From positions 124,001 to 188,000 of the forward strand of contig QPMI01000102.1 in NCBI GenBank assembly GCA_004431415.1: a stretch of 64,000 nucleotides of DNA. Reading direction: 5' to 3'. This DNA is from Cyanophora paradoxa CCMP329 (lineage: Eukaryota > Plantae > Glaucophyta). This document shows positions 43,094-57,011 of this stretch, piece by piece. Both the position numbers and the translations under genes were made by a program. Numbering within the stretch: position 1 is the first letter of the stretch; each line of letters begins with the position of its first letter. A model generated the notes under the pieces. It searched no databases. It was not told where the DNA came from and saw nothing but the letters and a program-made list of their open reading frames with translations.

Positions 43094-43523
43094 TCAGGCC
43101 CGGGCCTCCGGGGCGCCCACGAGGGGCTCGAGGAGGCGGCGGAGCGTCCGCGCCGCCACCCGCTGCGCGAATCCCGACGCGATCTGCCGCCCCGCGCGCT
43201 TCAGTAAACTTGACATGCCTAAAATCGCGTCTTAAGGTCTCAAGGCCTCTTTTAAGGAGCGCGGGGACGTCCTGCGGACCTGCTCGCCCATCTCGCGGGC
43301 CTCGGGGCGGCGAGCGAGGGCGGCGAGGCGCAGCGCCGCCTCCCGCAGCGCCGCCAGCTGCTCCGGCGAGAGCAGCGGCGCGGCGGCGGGGAAGGCGGCG
43401 GAGGAGGAGGAGGAGGAAGAGGCGGAGGCGGAGGCGGGGGGGAGGAGGGAGGGCGGGAGGCCACCGCGCTGCGGGCGAGCGAGGGAGGGGCGGTCAGGGA
43501 CGGGAGGGGGGCGGAGCGGGGAT

Positions 43524-43564
<41 letters not shown>

Positions 43565-46500
43565 TAGGCAACGAAATGTCCTTCCTCTAACTAACGGCCA
43601 CCTTTTTCATCTAGATCTAATTCACCTCGGACTCTGGATCTAGTGATCAGAAGGGGCGCCCGCGAGGATGCACGCGACTTTAGAAGGAGAAGGACATAGC
43701 AACAGTTGCTTCTAACGAACCGATTTAAGTGCGTCCCTCTTAATGTAATGTCCTTCCTTATATCTTGTCTAGCAATCAAAATCGAATTCGAAGGGGCGCA
43801 CGCGAGGATGCGGCGGAGGCGGTCGGCGAGCTCGCGGTCCTCGGGGCGCAGCAGGCTCCCACGCGCCTCGATCTCCCCCGCCGGCGCCGACGAGAGCGGC
43901 GCCAGCACCACCCTGCCGCCCCGCGCCGTCGGGTCAGATTGGTTTGATGTCGGGTGGTTCGAGAGCGATTAGAACTCTTCACCGGCGGAGGAGGGGCTGG
44001 AGGGGCGCCGGGGCGAGCCCGGCGGAGCGGTCGAGGAGGTCGAGGCCCAGCGCGTCCGCCGCCCGCACCACCTCCTGCGCGCGAGGCGGGGAGGGCGCGT
44101 CAGAAACTGGAAGAGGGCCTTGAATGTGCGGGGAGGCGGGTCGGAATCTATGGCCGCATTCAAGGCGGCCCTCTGTGGAAGCCTAGAAGAGGGCCGTGGG
44201 GCGGGTCGCGAAGGGGGGTCTACGTCTAGATCCGAGACGGGGGCGGAGCCGGCGGCCGGGCGGGGCGTCCAGGTGAATGCAGGGCGCTATATTTAGATTG
44301 AAGGGAGGGGAGGGGGCGGCGGGGCGGACGCGGGCGAGCTTGGCGCGGAGGTCGGCGGCCCCGGGGCTGAACACGTACTCCACCATCGAGTCCACGATCT
44401 GCGGGGCGGGAGGGCGCGGGGGCGGGGCGTTAGAGAAGTAGTAGAAGCTTAAGTATTAGGCAGGCCTCTGCGGGGAGGCGGCGGGGGCGGGGCAGGGGAC
44501 TTATTGTTAGGGCGGGGGATAGGCCTAAATAGAGTAACGGCTCCTTAAGAACGGCCGGTTCGAGGGAGAGGAGGGGGCGGGGGGACCGGCGCACGTCGTC
44601 GGCGCCCGGGTTGGCGTAGGTCTGCGAGGCCTGCACCACCAGGTTCTCCAGCCGGTTCCACCTGCCGAGGCGAGGCGAGGCCGGGCACCGCCCGTCAGCA
44701 ATCGCTCGGTGGGGGCCCTCGGCCTATCCCGGGCCCGGGGCCGCAGCCTAAGCGTCTAGCAAGACCCCTTGCGACCCTTCTCTGATGACGAAGGGAAAGG
44801 AAGGAGCGGGGCGAGGGGGGGGGAAGAGAGGGACGGGGGGTACCGGAACTGGCCGTCCTTGAAGAGGAGCTCCTCGAGGTAGCGCCGCAGCTCCGGCGCC
44901 GGGTCCGTCAGCAGCCGCCGCGCCATGTACGGGTACGCCTTCCCGATCACCTGTGGGGGGGAAGGAGTTGGAGGGGGGGGGGGATAGTGGGGGTACAGCC
45001 GCTGAGAGCGGGGGCCCACGGCCTCTCTAACCGGCCGGCGCTAGCAGCTAGGACGGACGGGAGGAGGCGGCGGGATGGAGTTGGAAGTAGGGGGGGAAGA
45101 AGTGGGGGAGGGGTACCTTGAAGTCGGAGTCGGTGAACATGGCGAGGCCCTCGAGGACCGTGAGGGACCGCAGGATCAGCGCGTAGTAGGGGGGTACCTG
45201 CTCGACAGGGTCGGAGGGGGGTACGGCATACTTTTTGTTTGGGGGGGGGGGTCGCACGGAGAAGGGGTACTGGTAGAGGACGCCCCCGAGCCCGTCGACG
45301 ATCGTCTTGAAGTTGAGCTTGCTCACGTTCGTCTGCGGGGGTACGCGGATCGTCAGGGGATGCGTTCCCCTCCAGGAATCCTGTACCCCGGCTCGCCTGG
45401 AGTACGTCGTCGAAGAAGGCCTCAAGGGCGGGTACGATGGGGGAGGTGTCTATGTCCCGGGGGAGGAAGTCCAGGTCGTCTGTGGGGGGGTACGGCGATC
45501 AGGTTCGGGGAGGGGTCTACGGGGGCTTCGGGAGGGGGTACGGCCGCACAGTAGTCGTTCGCCATCCCGACGAAGTCGCGGTTGACTGTGGCGAAAGAAG
45601 AGGGGGGGCCCGGTGAGGGGGGTACGAGAGTGAAAGGGGGGTACGAACCGAGGTGGACGACGTGGCCCATGAGGGCGTACCGCGCGCTCACGGGCGCCTC
45701 CGCCATCATACCCTTCGCGAGGCGGGGAGAAGGGTCAGCCGAACGCGGACGGACCCGTTGAATGAAAGAGGGGTACGCGCGCACAAAGTCGAGGAAGGCC
45801 AGAGTGTTGTCCTGCGAGGGGGCCGGCCGGCGCGTGAGCACACGAACAACTAGAAGAGAGAAGGTGCTGGGCGGGGCGAGGAGGAGCTAGAGGCCGTTCG
45901 GCGCGTGGAGAGGAAGATAGGCGAGGGGGCAGGCGGGGGTCGGGGGGCGGGGCGGGGGCGGACGGGGGTGGCGAGGAGATTGCCGGGGTGGGGGTCGGCG
46001 TGGAAGAAGCCCGCCTCGAAGAGCTGCCGCAGCGTGCACTCGATCCCGATCTGGCCCCGCCCGGCGTCAGGCCGATGGCTCTTTCTGGGGAAGAGAAGGC
46101 GGGGCGGGGCGGGGGGGGGCGGGGCGGGGCGGAGCGGGGTAAGTCAATCTCTATCCTAAACAAGGCGCTAGACCCCGGTCATCTAATCCCGTCCTGGACG
46201 AAGCCGGGCGGGGCGGGGCGGGGCGGGGCGGGGCGGGCGTGGACGGGGCGCAGTTCTTATCCTGTCCTTCTTATCCCGTTGACGTTTTCGGGCGGGGCGG
46301 GCGGGGCGGGGCGGGGCGGGGCGGACGTTGACGAAGTGGATGGGGTCCTGCCCGGCGGCGCGGATCGCCTCCTGGTTCGACAGCTTCACCCCCTGCGCGC
46401 GCGCGAGCGCGGCTCAGACGAGCCGCCGAGAGGCGACCGTCTCTACGGATCCAGACTAGAGCGGGATCTCGCAGGGCGGCCCGCCGAGGCTCGGCCGGGC

Positions 46501-48857
46501 GTTCCTACGCTAGAGGTCTAGAGGGCTGCGGGGAAGGGGGAGGACCTCGATCCACTCCATGGTGAGCACGCGCGTCGTCGTCGCCTCCCAGTAGATCTGG
46601 CGGGGGGGCGTAAGGCGCGAACAGTAAGCGAGGGAACGAGCGAGCGAGCGAGCGAGCGAGGGGGATACGCAGGGATCTCCAGGCCTGGTTCTAGTTCCGC
46701 TAGCGCTAGCCCCAAGGGCAGAGTGGGGGCGGAGCGGGGGCGGAGCGGGGAACGGGGTACACGCACTTTGGGGACCTTGACGCCGGGGAGGGAGCCGTAG
46801 AGCCGCTCGAAGCGCTCCGCGTTGCGGCCCTCCTGCCCGGGGGTCAGGTGGAGGGGAAGCAATGGAGCAGGGGCCGGGGAAGGGGCGCGAAGGGGAACGA
46901 AGGGGGGGGGGGGGGGGGGGGAGGGGTTAGTTTAGTCGAGCTCGAAGCTCAATTGGGGAGGAGGGCGGGGAGCCGCAGGCTCCAGGTGAGGGAATCGCAG
47001 GCTTGGTCATAGGCTGGAGGGTCGGGAAGGGGGGGTACAGGCGGGGTCGGGCGGGCCTGGCGGTAGTCGAGCTCGCCGAAGATGCGGCGCGCGAACTCGT
47101 CGACGACGGCCGTCAGGTCCGTGCTGATGAAGTCCACCGCGTTCTGAGAGGGGGGGGTGAGGCGGGGTGAGGAGGGGGGTAGGGGGGTGGGCGGAGGGCC
47201 AAGGGAGGGGCGGGGCGGGGCGCTAGGGCTAGGGTTTTGAAGCCCCGGCTGGGGGGCCAAGGGCCGGGCGGGGCGGGGCGGGGGCGGGGCGGGACGGGGC
47301 GGGCGCCCCGTTGTCTAACTGTTCCTGGTGTTGATCATTATATACTTCTAAGGGCCCGCTTAGCTCCGCTCAGGTCATTCTAAGCTCAATCTAAGCTCAA
47401 TCTAAGCTAAATCTAAGCTAAAATCTGAAGGCCCCGACTAGAGGGCCAAGCAGCACCTGGGCGAAGGCGGCGAGGCGGCGGGCGATGTAGAGATCCAGCA
47501 CGATCCCGTCGTACAGCCCCGGCCGCTGCACCTGCGAGAAGGTTGGGGGGGGGGGGGGGGGGGGGTTGTACGGGCTTAAAGGTAAAAGGGGAGGGAGGGG
47601 AGGGGAGGGGAGGGGGGGGGAGGGGGTACGAGCCTTGACGGCGACCTCCTCGCCCGTCCGGAGGCGGCCCCGGTACACCTTTTTTTGAGTGAGAAGGGGG
47701 TACTGGAATTTGTTTGGGGGTGGGGAGGGGGGGGTACCTGGCCGAGGGAGGCGGCGGCGACGGGGGAGGGGGACAGATATTCGAAGAGCTCCGAGATGCG
47801 CTTGCCCTGCGGGCGGCGCGCGTGTTCGAATCCGGAAGGAAGGAAACTTCCTATCTGAGTGGGAGGGGGGTACAGCGCACGGTCTGCTCCTCGATGAGGG
47901 CGTACGCCTCCTTGTCGGGGAACGGCGGCAGCTGGTCCTGCATCTGCGTGCGCGGGTTCGAATCCGGGCGGAACCGCTTTTGAGGGGGGTACGTGGCCAC
48001 CTCGGACAGCTCCACGAGGTAGGGCTGGGGGAGGAGGTCGGGCCGCGTGCTGAGGGCCTGCCCGACCTGGAAGCAGGGGTATCCCCGTATCAGATCCGGG
48101 TTCGAATCCCGCTGGAAAGGGTTTTTCTTACCTTGACGAAGGCCGGCCCGCAGCGGGTGAGGATGTCCCGGAGCTCGCGGGCCCGCATGCGCGCGTTCTC
48201 CTCGAGCCGCCCCGTCTGCTTGTCCGCCACGACCTGAAAGAAGTTAAGAAGTTAAGCGCGAAATGCAATCGGGGAAGCGCGCGGGGAAAGAAATCGAAAT
48301 GCGAATGAAGCGCGCGGGGAAGGACGGACCTTGGCGAGAAACGCTGTGATTGGCGCGCCGACCTCGGCGATGCGGCGGCCGACAGTGCCGGGGCGGCGGG
48401 CGAACTCGCGCGCGACCTCTTCGGCGTCGTAGACGAACAGCGGCTGCTCCTCGTCCTCCTCCAAATGCGGAGCCACGCGCACGAGCGCCGAGGAGGGCGC
48501 GGCCGGCCCGGCGGGCGAGTCGGACGCGCCGGAGGGAGCCGGCGGCGGAGTCGTCGATGCGGACGGCCTCGGGGGAGCGGAGACGGCGAACGCAGCGCCG
48601 GGGCTGGCGGATCCGTGCGCGGTACCGGTGCGCGCGGACGCGGCCGCCGCAGTCCGCGGGCGGTCGCCGAAGAAGCGGCGGCGGCGCGTCAGAGAGGCCG
48701 CAGGAGGCTGTAGAGGACCGCGAGGAAGCCGGGCGCTGACCCTGGCGGCGCCTGCGAGCGGTGCCGCCGGCGGCACGCGCGCCGACACGCTCGGCGCCGG
48801 AACGCACGCCGCGAACGCGTGCCCGGGCTCTGTGCGCGCCGCTCTGGCGCTGTGCAT
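43094..48857 (-). CDS. ABC1K3: ABC1/UbiB atypical kinase, ABC1K3-like, with plastid transit peptide (more than 20 exons)
   Basis: GPAFVK|VGQALSTRPD, LQDQLPPF, AAASLGQ|VY, VAVK|VQRP, ELDYRQ|EGRNAERF, FFHADPHPGNLL, FLDF|GMM, ELLFKDGQFR|WNRLENL. The segment VVHLVNRD...LNFKTIVDGLGGVLYQYPF...VPPYYALILRSLTVLEG matches the ABC1K3 subfamily as recalled. Confidence 0.92.
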
Positions 48858-49732
48858 GGCTGGAGCTTCGAACGCTGGGCCGCCTAGGCGCTGGCTGTCC
48901 AAGCCTACTCTGCACGCGAACCTGCCGCGAAGGCACGTGCTGCCCTGCTGGGTTGCGGGGCGCAACGAGGTCGCTGTAAGAGAGCGCCGGATGAACGCTA
49001 GGAGCGCCGGGAGTCTGTGCTGCGGCCTCTGGACCTCGGCGCGAATTTGCTCCTGTACCCGTCGCGGCTGGATCAATTCTCGAACTCAACGCACGCGCGC
49101 TTTTTGCTCGCCGGCGCACGCCGGTACCCGGATCGATCGCGAATCGTGCATGCTGACCGAGCTCCGGTCCAATCCATGCCAACCGGTACCATGGCCAGCG
49201 GCAATCTGCAGCTGCAGTGCCACGCGGCCGTACGCGTGCGCGCGGCCGCGCCGTGGCGCGCGGCCGGCCTATAGCTAGGCTTGCATGGCGGCGCAGAGGC
49301 TTCGCTTAGCTGCGCATGCGTATATGCTGCGCGTGCCGGTCATCGGATTCGGATCGCGAGGCTGAATTCCTTGAGCTCTAGATCTAGATCGATATCTTGC
49401 AATCATTGCCAGACTCTCGCTTTGCATGGCATTGCCAGACTCTCGCGATCGCTCAGCTTCCTCTTGCCAAGCTCTCGCTCTCGTATCGCGATCGGGGGCA
49501 TCGGGCTTCCAGCTAGCGCTGAGCTTTGCCGCCTCGGTTGAAAGGCTAGCGCTCAATTTCCTCCGGGATCCGCTACGAGTCTGGACTCGCGGGATCGATA
49601 GAATAATTGAGATCGGATGTAGGTCAAACCCTGAGCCTCCCCGCCTCCTCTTTCTCGGCAGCGGCCCGGCGGGGCGCAGGTGTGGAAGATGTGAGGATCG
49701 GAGCGAGATGATGGCATGGGCGGCGGCGGGAT

Positions 49733-50174
49733 GAAACGCCCCCCGGAGTCTACGAGTCCAGGGCCGGGCCGGGGGCAGTCCAGGGCCAGGCCTAGGCCCT
49801 GTCGAATGCCAGGCCGGGGGCAGGCCTAGGGCAGGCCAAGGCCTGGTCGGGGGCAGGGCATGCGCAGGCCAAGGGCAGGCCGCGGGCTTCCGCGACGGGC
49901 TTCCTGACTGATAGAAATTGAACACACAGGTAGTCCGTAGCGCGAAACGCCCCCCGGAGCCTCGGAGTCTACGAGTCCAGGGCCAGACCGGAAACAGCTA
50001 CATGTACAGTTCATGATCAGGGCCAGGCCGGGGGCAGGCCTGGGGGAGGCCAAGGCCTGGCCGGGGGCCGGGCCGGGCAGGCCAAGCTTAAGGGCTGGCC
50101 GCGGCCGCGGGTTTCCGGGACGAAAATGTGGACGTGACTAATAGAAATTAAGCACACAGGTACTACGTAGCGCA
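49733..50174. repeat. Degenerate tandem duplication (about 210-230-bp unit)
   Basis: GAAACGCCCCCC...GGAGTCTACGAGTCCAGGGCC...ATAGAAATT..CACACAGGTA..CGTAGCGC occurs twice. Confidence 0.7.
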
Positions 50175-50548
50175 CATGACTCGATGATGAAAGCGACAAA
50201 AGCTTGTCGACGTTGCACTGCAAAGCCAGCCGCACAGCTACGTATACGGATCCCCGGAGCTCGAGAATAGAACCAAATAAAACACGTCGAATAATAATTC
50301 AGATGACGGCAAAGAGACCGCACCAGCCCATGAATCGGGCCTTTTCTGGCCCTGCTTACAATTCTAGATCTGCTCTCCATATAGCTACAGCCTGCCGGCT
50401 GCAGGTTGAAATCGCGGGTCAAATGAGCCGGCGTCTGCGAAGATTCGAGCCAAGATTCGAAGATTCGAAGGTGAGCGCGCGAAATGAGAGCGAAGTTGCG
50501 TGGTTTCCTACCAGTCTCCCTCGCCACGCGATCGTCGCGCGCTCATGA

Positions 50549-53500
50549 TCAGTGGTCATTGCCATGGGAGGGCGTGCAGCCCGAGCAGAATGGCTTGGGG
50601 CGGGCGATGGCCGGGCTGCAGAAGGCGCTCAGCGGGTCCTCCTTGTAGTTCGCCGCGGCCGGGCAGTCCTTGTTCGGCAGGATGTCGAGCGGGCTGCGCG
50701 CGCGTTCGATGTCAGCAGAAGGAGCTCGCCAATAACATTAACAAGCTTAACATTAGCAATCAAGCGCACCGCATCATCTCGTTGTCCTCGTGCGAAAGGA
50801 TGTGGCTGAAAGGCGCGTCACTCAGTCAGACTCCGGGATCCACCGCTCATTTCAAATTCAGGCCGTGGGCAAATGAAATGAACTATATATGTATATATAT
50901 TTTCTTTTATTTAGACGTTAAAGCGAAAGACGTTAGCTATAGTTGATCTTGAATTTTGAATGCGCACCAGTGCCAGACGTACTGGGCCGGGTGGTCGGGC
51001 AGCGAGAGGAAGCTTTCCTGTAGCAACGGCATAGATCAGTTCAGTCCGTTTGTCGCAAATGTCTTTAGAAAAACATTGCAAGACTAGTTCGAGCTCCACG
51101 GGCCTGGTTGAGCCGGGACGGGAGCGAGAAGCGGGCGAGGACGCGCGTGATCGATCCCGGGGGCACGATGATCGTGTCCTACGTATACGGGCGCGAAAGG
51201 TTAGCTTCTATGTTGCGTACTTCAAGTGAGCGCGAGCTCGAGCGGCTCCGCACCATCGGGCCGCGCTCGTTCGGGTCGGGGCCGACAATGCTCGCACCCT
51301 GAATCGAAAATTCAATTTCTTGCGAGGCGGCTCCGATCCAGGGGCAGGACTCGCGATCGCATTTAATTTCGCGGAGGCACCGACCATGTGCGGATTTCGC
51401 GGCGGGCTATTTACGCACCGAGAGATCGAATTGCGCGTCAGCAACAATCGGCCTGATGGGGTCGTTGGGGAAATCGGCCGGCGCGGTGACGTTCAGTTTC
51501 CTGAGAATTTCCGTTTTTCAGCATCAGCAGCCGGAAGCGACTCAATCTCAAATCAAAGAAAAGCCAAATTGCACCCAGCCTCACCTCTCAATAGCCTGCA
51601 GAGAGGCGAGGTGGAAGTGGATCGGGTGCGAGTCCGCTGCGCATGCATATGCCCCCGATCAATATGCTAACATTTCCAGGCGCAAGGACAGGCGGGGGTG
51701 GCCATGACTTAAGTTCCTCATAACCACTGATCATGAGCTTTATGCTTTAAGAGAGAGCCCTCGAGCAGGACGGGGCGGGGCGAAGGGAGCGAGGGCGCAC
51801 GCGTCAGGTTCCAGATGTCGTACAGGACGGCCGTGTTGTCGTTCGCCACCTCCGTCACCGGGTCCTGCGCTCGCGGTCGCAATGAGACTCTAGATCTGAC
51901 CGCTCGCAAAGCTTCAGCTAGCTTAAGATACGTAGATTAGATAAAGCCCGCTCAGAAACATCTCAAGGTTAAACACTCCAGATCCGAGGCGCACCTCGTA
52001 GTGGAAGAGCTGGGCCTGGTATCTGGTGGGGATCTCCTCGCGATCGCGATCGCGATTGGCCGTGTGCAGGAGCGCGCGCATCCGCATCCCCCCGTGCCTG
52101 CTCGCAGCATGTCATATGATCGAGTGCGGGCGAGCCGCGGCCGATCATTCTCCGTCCCTTTGAAAATGTGATTTAATTTAGCCGTCGCGATCGCACCCTC
52201 CGGATCCGTCGCCGCCGACGGGCGTCGACTCCGTCGAGTTGGCGGGGCACGTGAGCGGCCTGACGATCCCGAGGAGCGGCTGGATGCGGTTGAGCTCGTC
52301 CATGTGCTGTAACGTGAGATTGATCGGTTTGCGAAAGACGAAAAAAAACATTTAAGTAATTAACAGGACCGACCTCGCCGAGCGCGAGGTCCTCCGGGGC
52401 GCCGATCTGCAGCGTGTGCTCCTCGGACTGCGAGCGTTGTCGTGAATACTAATGAAAGCTTAAGCTCAAGACTCGCGGGACCTTGATGGCTTCTGCGAGG
52501 CCGTCCTCGGGGCTGGCGAAGGTCGAGTCGGAGCGGAGGGGCCTGCAGCCCTTCAGGAGCGCGTCCAGCTGCGGCACGCGCGGCGGACCGGATCCGGATC
52601 AGATCGATCACGATCGTGGCTTTTCTTTAATTTGTGCAGTAATATTGATATTGATTTCAATGCACCCGCTGGTCGCGGCGGTCGAGGGTGCGGTCGGCCT
52701 TCTTCGGGAGGGAGACGTCGAACTTGACGATGGAAGTCATGCGGATCCCGCCCAGCGTCACGTCGTCGCCGCTGCGTCCGAGTTCGAATTCGAATTCGGC
52801 ATCGAGTGGGCGGGCGCGCGGACTTGGGGAACGGGGTCGGCGCGTCGTTGCGGAGCACGATGGACTGGCCGGCTGCGAATTCGAAGCTGGCTCAAAGTGG
52901 CCTCGAATTCGAAATTCAGAGATCAGAGAAGCGGCCTCGCGGCGCGCACCGAGCTTCGAGAAATCGATGATGACGTCCGCGCGCTTGCCTGGACCTTCGC
53001 GCGTGTGTGCACACGTGGGACGAGGTCAGTCTCTCGCGACCGCTTTTCGGACCGCGCGGGGCTTCGAATCCGGACCGAGGAGGAGGCGGCTGTCCCAGGT
53101 GGTCTCGTTGCTGTCCATAATTCGCACGGGGGCGTGAAGCAGACCTGCGCCCGCAAGCTTAAGCGCGCTTGACCATTCAAGCTTAACGGACTTATAATTA
53201 ATTAGAGGCTCAGCTGCAGAAGTAATATTCATAGGGGAACAAGTCATATCATATGCATGGCGCAGGCCAGCGGAATTTCGAGCGCTAGAGCCGCAACGCT
53301 AGCTCCAATTGCAAGCGTGCTTGAACATTGAAGCTTAACGGACTTGGAAGCTCAGAGCTAATTATAGCATTCATAGGGGAACATCTCATGGCGCCGGCCA
53401 GGGGAATTTCGAATTCGAACGGTCGAGCCGCGGAGCCGGCGCATGCATATGCGCACCGTCGTCGGTGCCGATCTGGAAGACAGGGACGACGTCCGGGCCG

Positions 53501-55875
53501 AGGCCGTCGAGGGCGAAACTGACGCGGCCGAGCGGGTCCGGGGTCCCGGTGGCGTAGCTGCGTGAATACGTATATACTCGAACGGTCATTGATCAACGAG
53601 CAAAATTAAGGCACATAGGAAAGGCCGGGTTCACATTTTATAAATATGCGCTTATTATTAATGAAGCTTATATTAGTATACGTAAACGCACCTGAGCCAC
53701 ATGCGGAGGAAGCGCGAGTCGGCGCCGTTGAGGAGACTTCGCGCCCAAGAACACGCAACGATCAGATTGAAGATAATAATGAAACCGAACAGTCAGAACA
53801 CGGAATTCGAATTATAATTATGGAATTAATATTGGAGCTTCAAGCGAGAAAGAGCCGGACCGCAGGCGGTACTTGCGCGGCTCGACCTTAAGCACGGGCC
53901 ACGCCTGCGTTGATTATCAAATCAGGTATTTATTCGCTCTTTACCTCATCGCATTAATTTATGATCTTTCGCTCGCCTTGCCGTTGGCGAGGAAAACGCT
54001 GCCAAAGAACTCGGGGCTGATGCTCGGCTCGCGGCGGAGGCGGCCGTCCTCGTAGAAGTCTGAGAAGGGCAGGGCGCGAGCGCTCGCGGCCTCAGATCGA
54101 TGCGAAACTATTTCATTCGAAGCAAATTGAAGCCCTCGTGTACGTACCCTTGTCCTGGATGGCGATGGGGACCTCGTAGGGGTGCACCGGGAGGGGAAGG
54201 AAGCCATCGGTCCTGCCCGTGTCGCGGAAGTCGCTGATCATGGATATATATATGAGTACTCACGAATCAAGATACGCATACAGTGAGCGCGCGCTCGCGC
54301 GATCGCGAATCGAACCGGATGAGGTAGAAGCCCGCAAGGCCGGTGTACGGGCCGAGACGGGTGATCCCGAGCGTGTGGTCTGAAAAGAATAAATTACAGG
54401 CATGTACTCGTGCACATGGTAAAATTAAATGCATTCGCTTTTAAAATTGATTATATAAAGGAGGCACCGTGGTACCAGAGGTTGCCGGCCTCCTGCTCGT
54501 TCGAGTAGACGAAGTCGCGCTTGCGATAAGCGGGCCCTGAGCATTGTAATTCATAATACTTAGAAACATGGCGTTCCGAACGATATCGATGCGTTTATCA
54601 TATAAAATGCCGAATCAAACACGATCGCGCACCTTGGCGAGGAATGCCTTCGCCGTAGGCATTAAGGGTCTCGAGGGCGGCCCGGCACTTGTCGTTAGAG
54701 TTCAAATAAGCTTCGTCGGCAAGGAACCACGTCTGATATCATTCGTGCATGGAGGTTGCTTCAAGATTGGCAATACATCAATACTGAATAAATAAATCAG
54801 AGCGGCTCTCACCTCGGGATGCCCGTCGGATGCAGGCTCAGTCCGGCCGCCGTGGAGGTGGGTCACTGCGAATCCACACAACACTCAGATGAACCGTTGA
54901 AGTGCAATCGAAAAAGAATTATATATGTTAAACGCTGCGGCCATCGGATCCGATTGCAATTGCAAGCACCCATGGGCATGGGGCCGTAGTAGAACTGGTC
55001 AGGGAAGGTGCCGGGCGGGCTCGCGGCCCCGAGCGCCCAGTGGATAGTGGTGTCGACGGGGACGGTGTCCAGGGGCCCGCACTGTGCACCGCGTTTAACA
55101 TAATTCGACTAAAGCAAAGTCGAAGCTTAAGTGAGCGGCTAACCAGCTCGTTGATCCATTCGACGCGCGTCCGGAGACCCTTCCGCACCTCAAACGTGCG
55201 CCCTTTGGGGAGCGCGGTCAAGTTCGGGACACGAGTATTGATTTGACGTCTAATTATTATTTTAGGCCTCGTACCGGGATAGGTGGGCTCCTGCTGCCCT
55301 TCGCTGGAGCACGACGCGTGCCCTGCGTAGCCGAAGAGCGGGGTCGGGCCGGTGCCGAGGCCCAGGTCCTGGGCGAACTGCGCCCGCGCTTGCATCAGCG
55401 GTGCCGGGCTTAAGCTTAATCATGAGAGTGGAAGCCAAAAGACCTCCCGGGCGGCGATCTTGAACTTGCCGCCGCAGTTGCCGGACTTCCACACGAAATC
55501 CGGATCGAGCGCGTTCTTGAGCTGCGCGCGCGTGTCCAGACCGGCAGTGTGGTCATGATCATGACCGGTACCGCTGCTCGAGTCGCGCATGCATGCGCAG
55601 GCCGCGGGCGACGTCGAGAACGTTACTCACCTCATTCACAAAGAATGGTACGGTCTCCGGGACCAGCGGTTCCAGCGGCGGCGGCGACGCTGCGCCGACG
55701 CGCGCGCGCGGCGCTACATGAGAATTTCTGCGGGGCAGGGCGAAGGGACGGCGCGGGCCGCCGGGCCGGGCCGGGACATCGATGGCGCACGCTGCTCAGG
55801 CACGTGCACGGCGGCGGCGAGCGCGAGGCTCAGCAGGCCCAGGCCCAAAAGGGCGACCAGGGCGGAAGCGCGCAT
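50549..55875 (-). CDS. Secreted multicopper oxidase, CotA/bilirubin oxidase/LPR-like (many small exons)
   Basis: Signal peptide MRASALVALLGLGLLSLALA. All four copper motifs recovered across introns: VTHLHGG, LWYH|DH, HPIHFHL, YVWHC|HILSHEDNEMMR. Also NGK|AWPVLKVEPRKYRLR and QIGTDD|GLL. Confidence 0.9.
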
Positions 55876-57011
55876 TCCTGCAGATGCCTCGGAGCGCGCC
55901 GCGCACCAGATTCCGAATGCGACGACGACGTCGATTACTGGGCTTTGCTTTGCTGGGCTACCCGCCAGCTGCAGGCTGCTTTTATATGATTATACCTTCA
56001 TGATCAAGTTCACTCCGCGTTGTCGAACTTCAATTGTAATTGACAATCGCCGCTGAAAGACAGTCTCACCAATCAATTATCCGAATCGGGTCAGAGAAAA
56101 CCAGTTCGGTCGAATTGTTTCATGTTTCGGAGCATTGCACACGCATATTCCGCACCAGAAAACTAGTTTATTAAGGAAAAACCCAGAAAACCAGAAAGCA
56201 GCATTTTGACGTTTCGCATGTGAACGTTCGCGAGCAGGAAAACCCACTTCGCGGCTTTTCGTCCTCTGAGGTTGATTGCGGAACCGAATGGGCGTGCTCG
56301 TTGCGTTCCTAAGCTGCACTGCCACTGCGGCACCTGCACGTCAAGCTAAGTTCAACGGTTCGAACGTCAGGCATAACGTCGACCCGTCATGCCAGAATTG
56401 TGGCCTCAGCCTCTCTCACTTCGCATGACTTGACGCGCTTCTTTACTCGCTCATGAGAGAGAACCAGTTAACGTTTGATTTTCTTTGGAGACGGATAACC
56501 AGATATTTAACCGTGACCGGCTACAGTGAAGAACAGATTTAATTTCATGTTGATCTAGATCGCTGCCTTCGAATTCGACAGGACTGCAGCTAACTGATTG
56601 AGCTGACCTGCAGCTGTTCAACACAAAATATAAAAGACTTTTGCTTGATATGAACTGCCTTCCAGGGCCTACAAAAACGTATATAAGGGCCTTTCTCCGC
56701 CATCGACAGTCGATATCGATGAATGTCTACGTTTTTCGAAGATCATCTTGGCCCTTCTAATCTAGATCTGAAATGAATCTAATCCTGACTCGACGAATTC
56801 AATCCATAAATGAATTTAATCTCGTGAGTTGGGCGCGAGCTCACGCATGCGGAACCTAATGCAACATTAAGGTGGCGAAACACGCGCCAATGAACGATAT
56901 ATAAAAAGTTAACGATACGCATATATAGAATAAACGCTGCGACGATACACAAATGCATGTCGAGTCACATGCATGATGCTGCCGCCGCCGCTGCGCGCTG
57001 CTGCTGCAACT

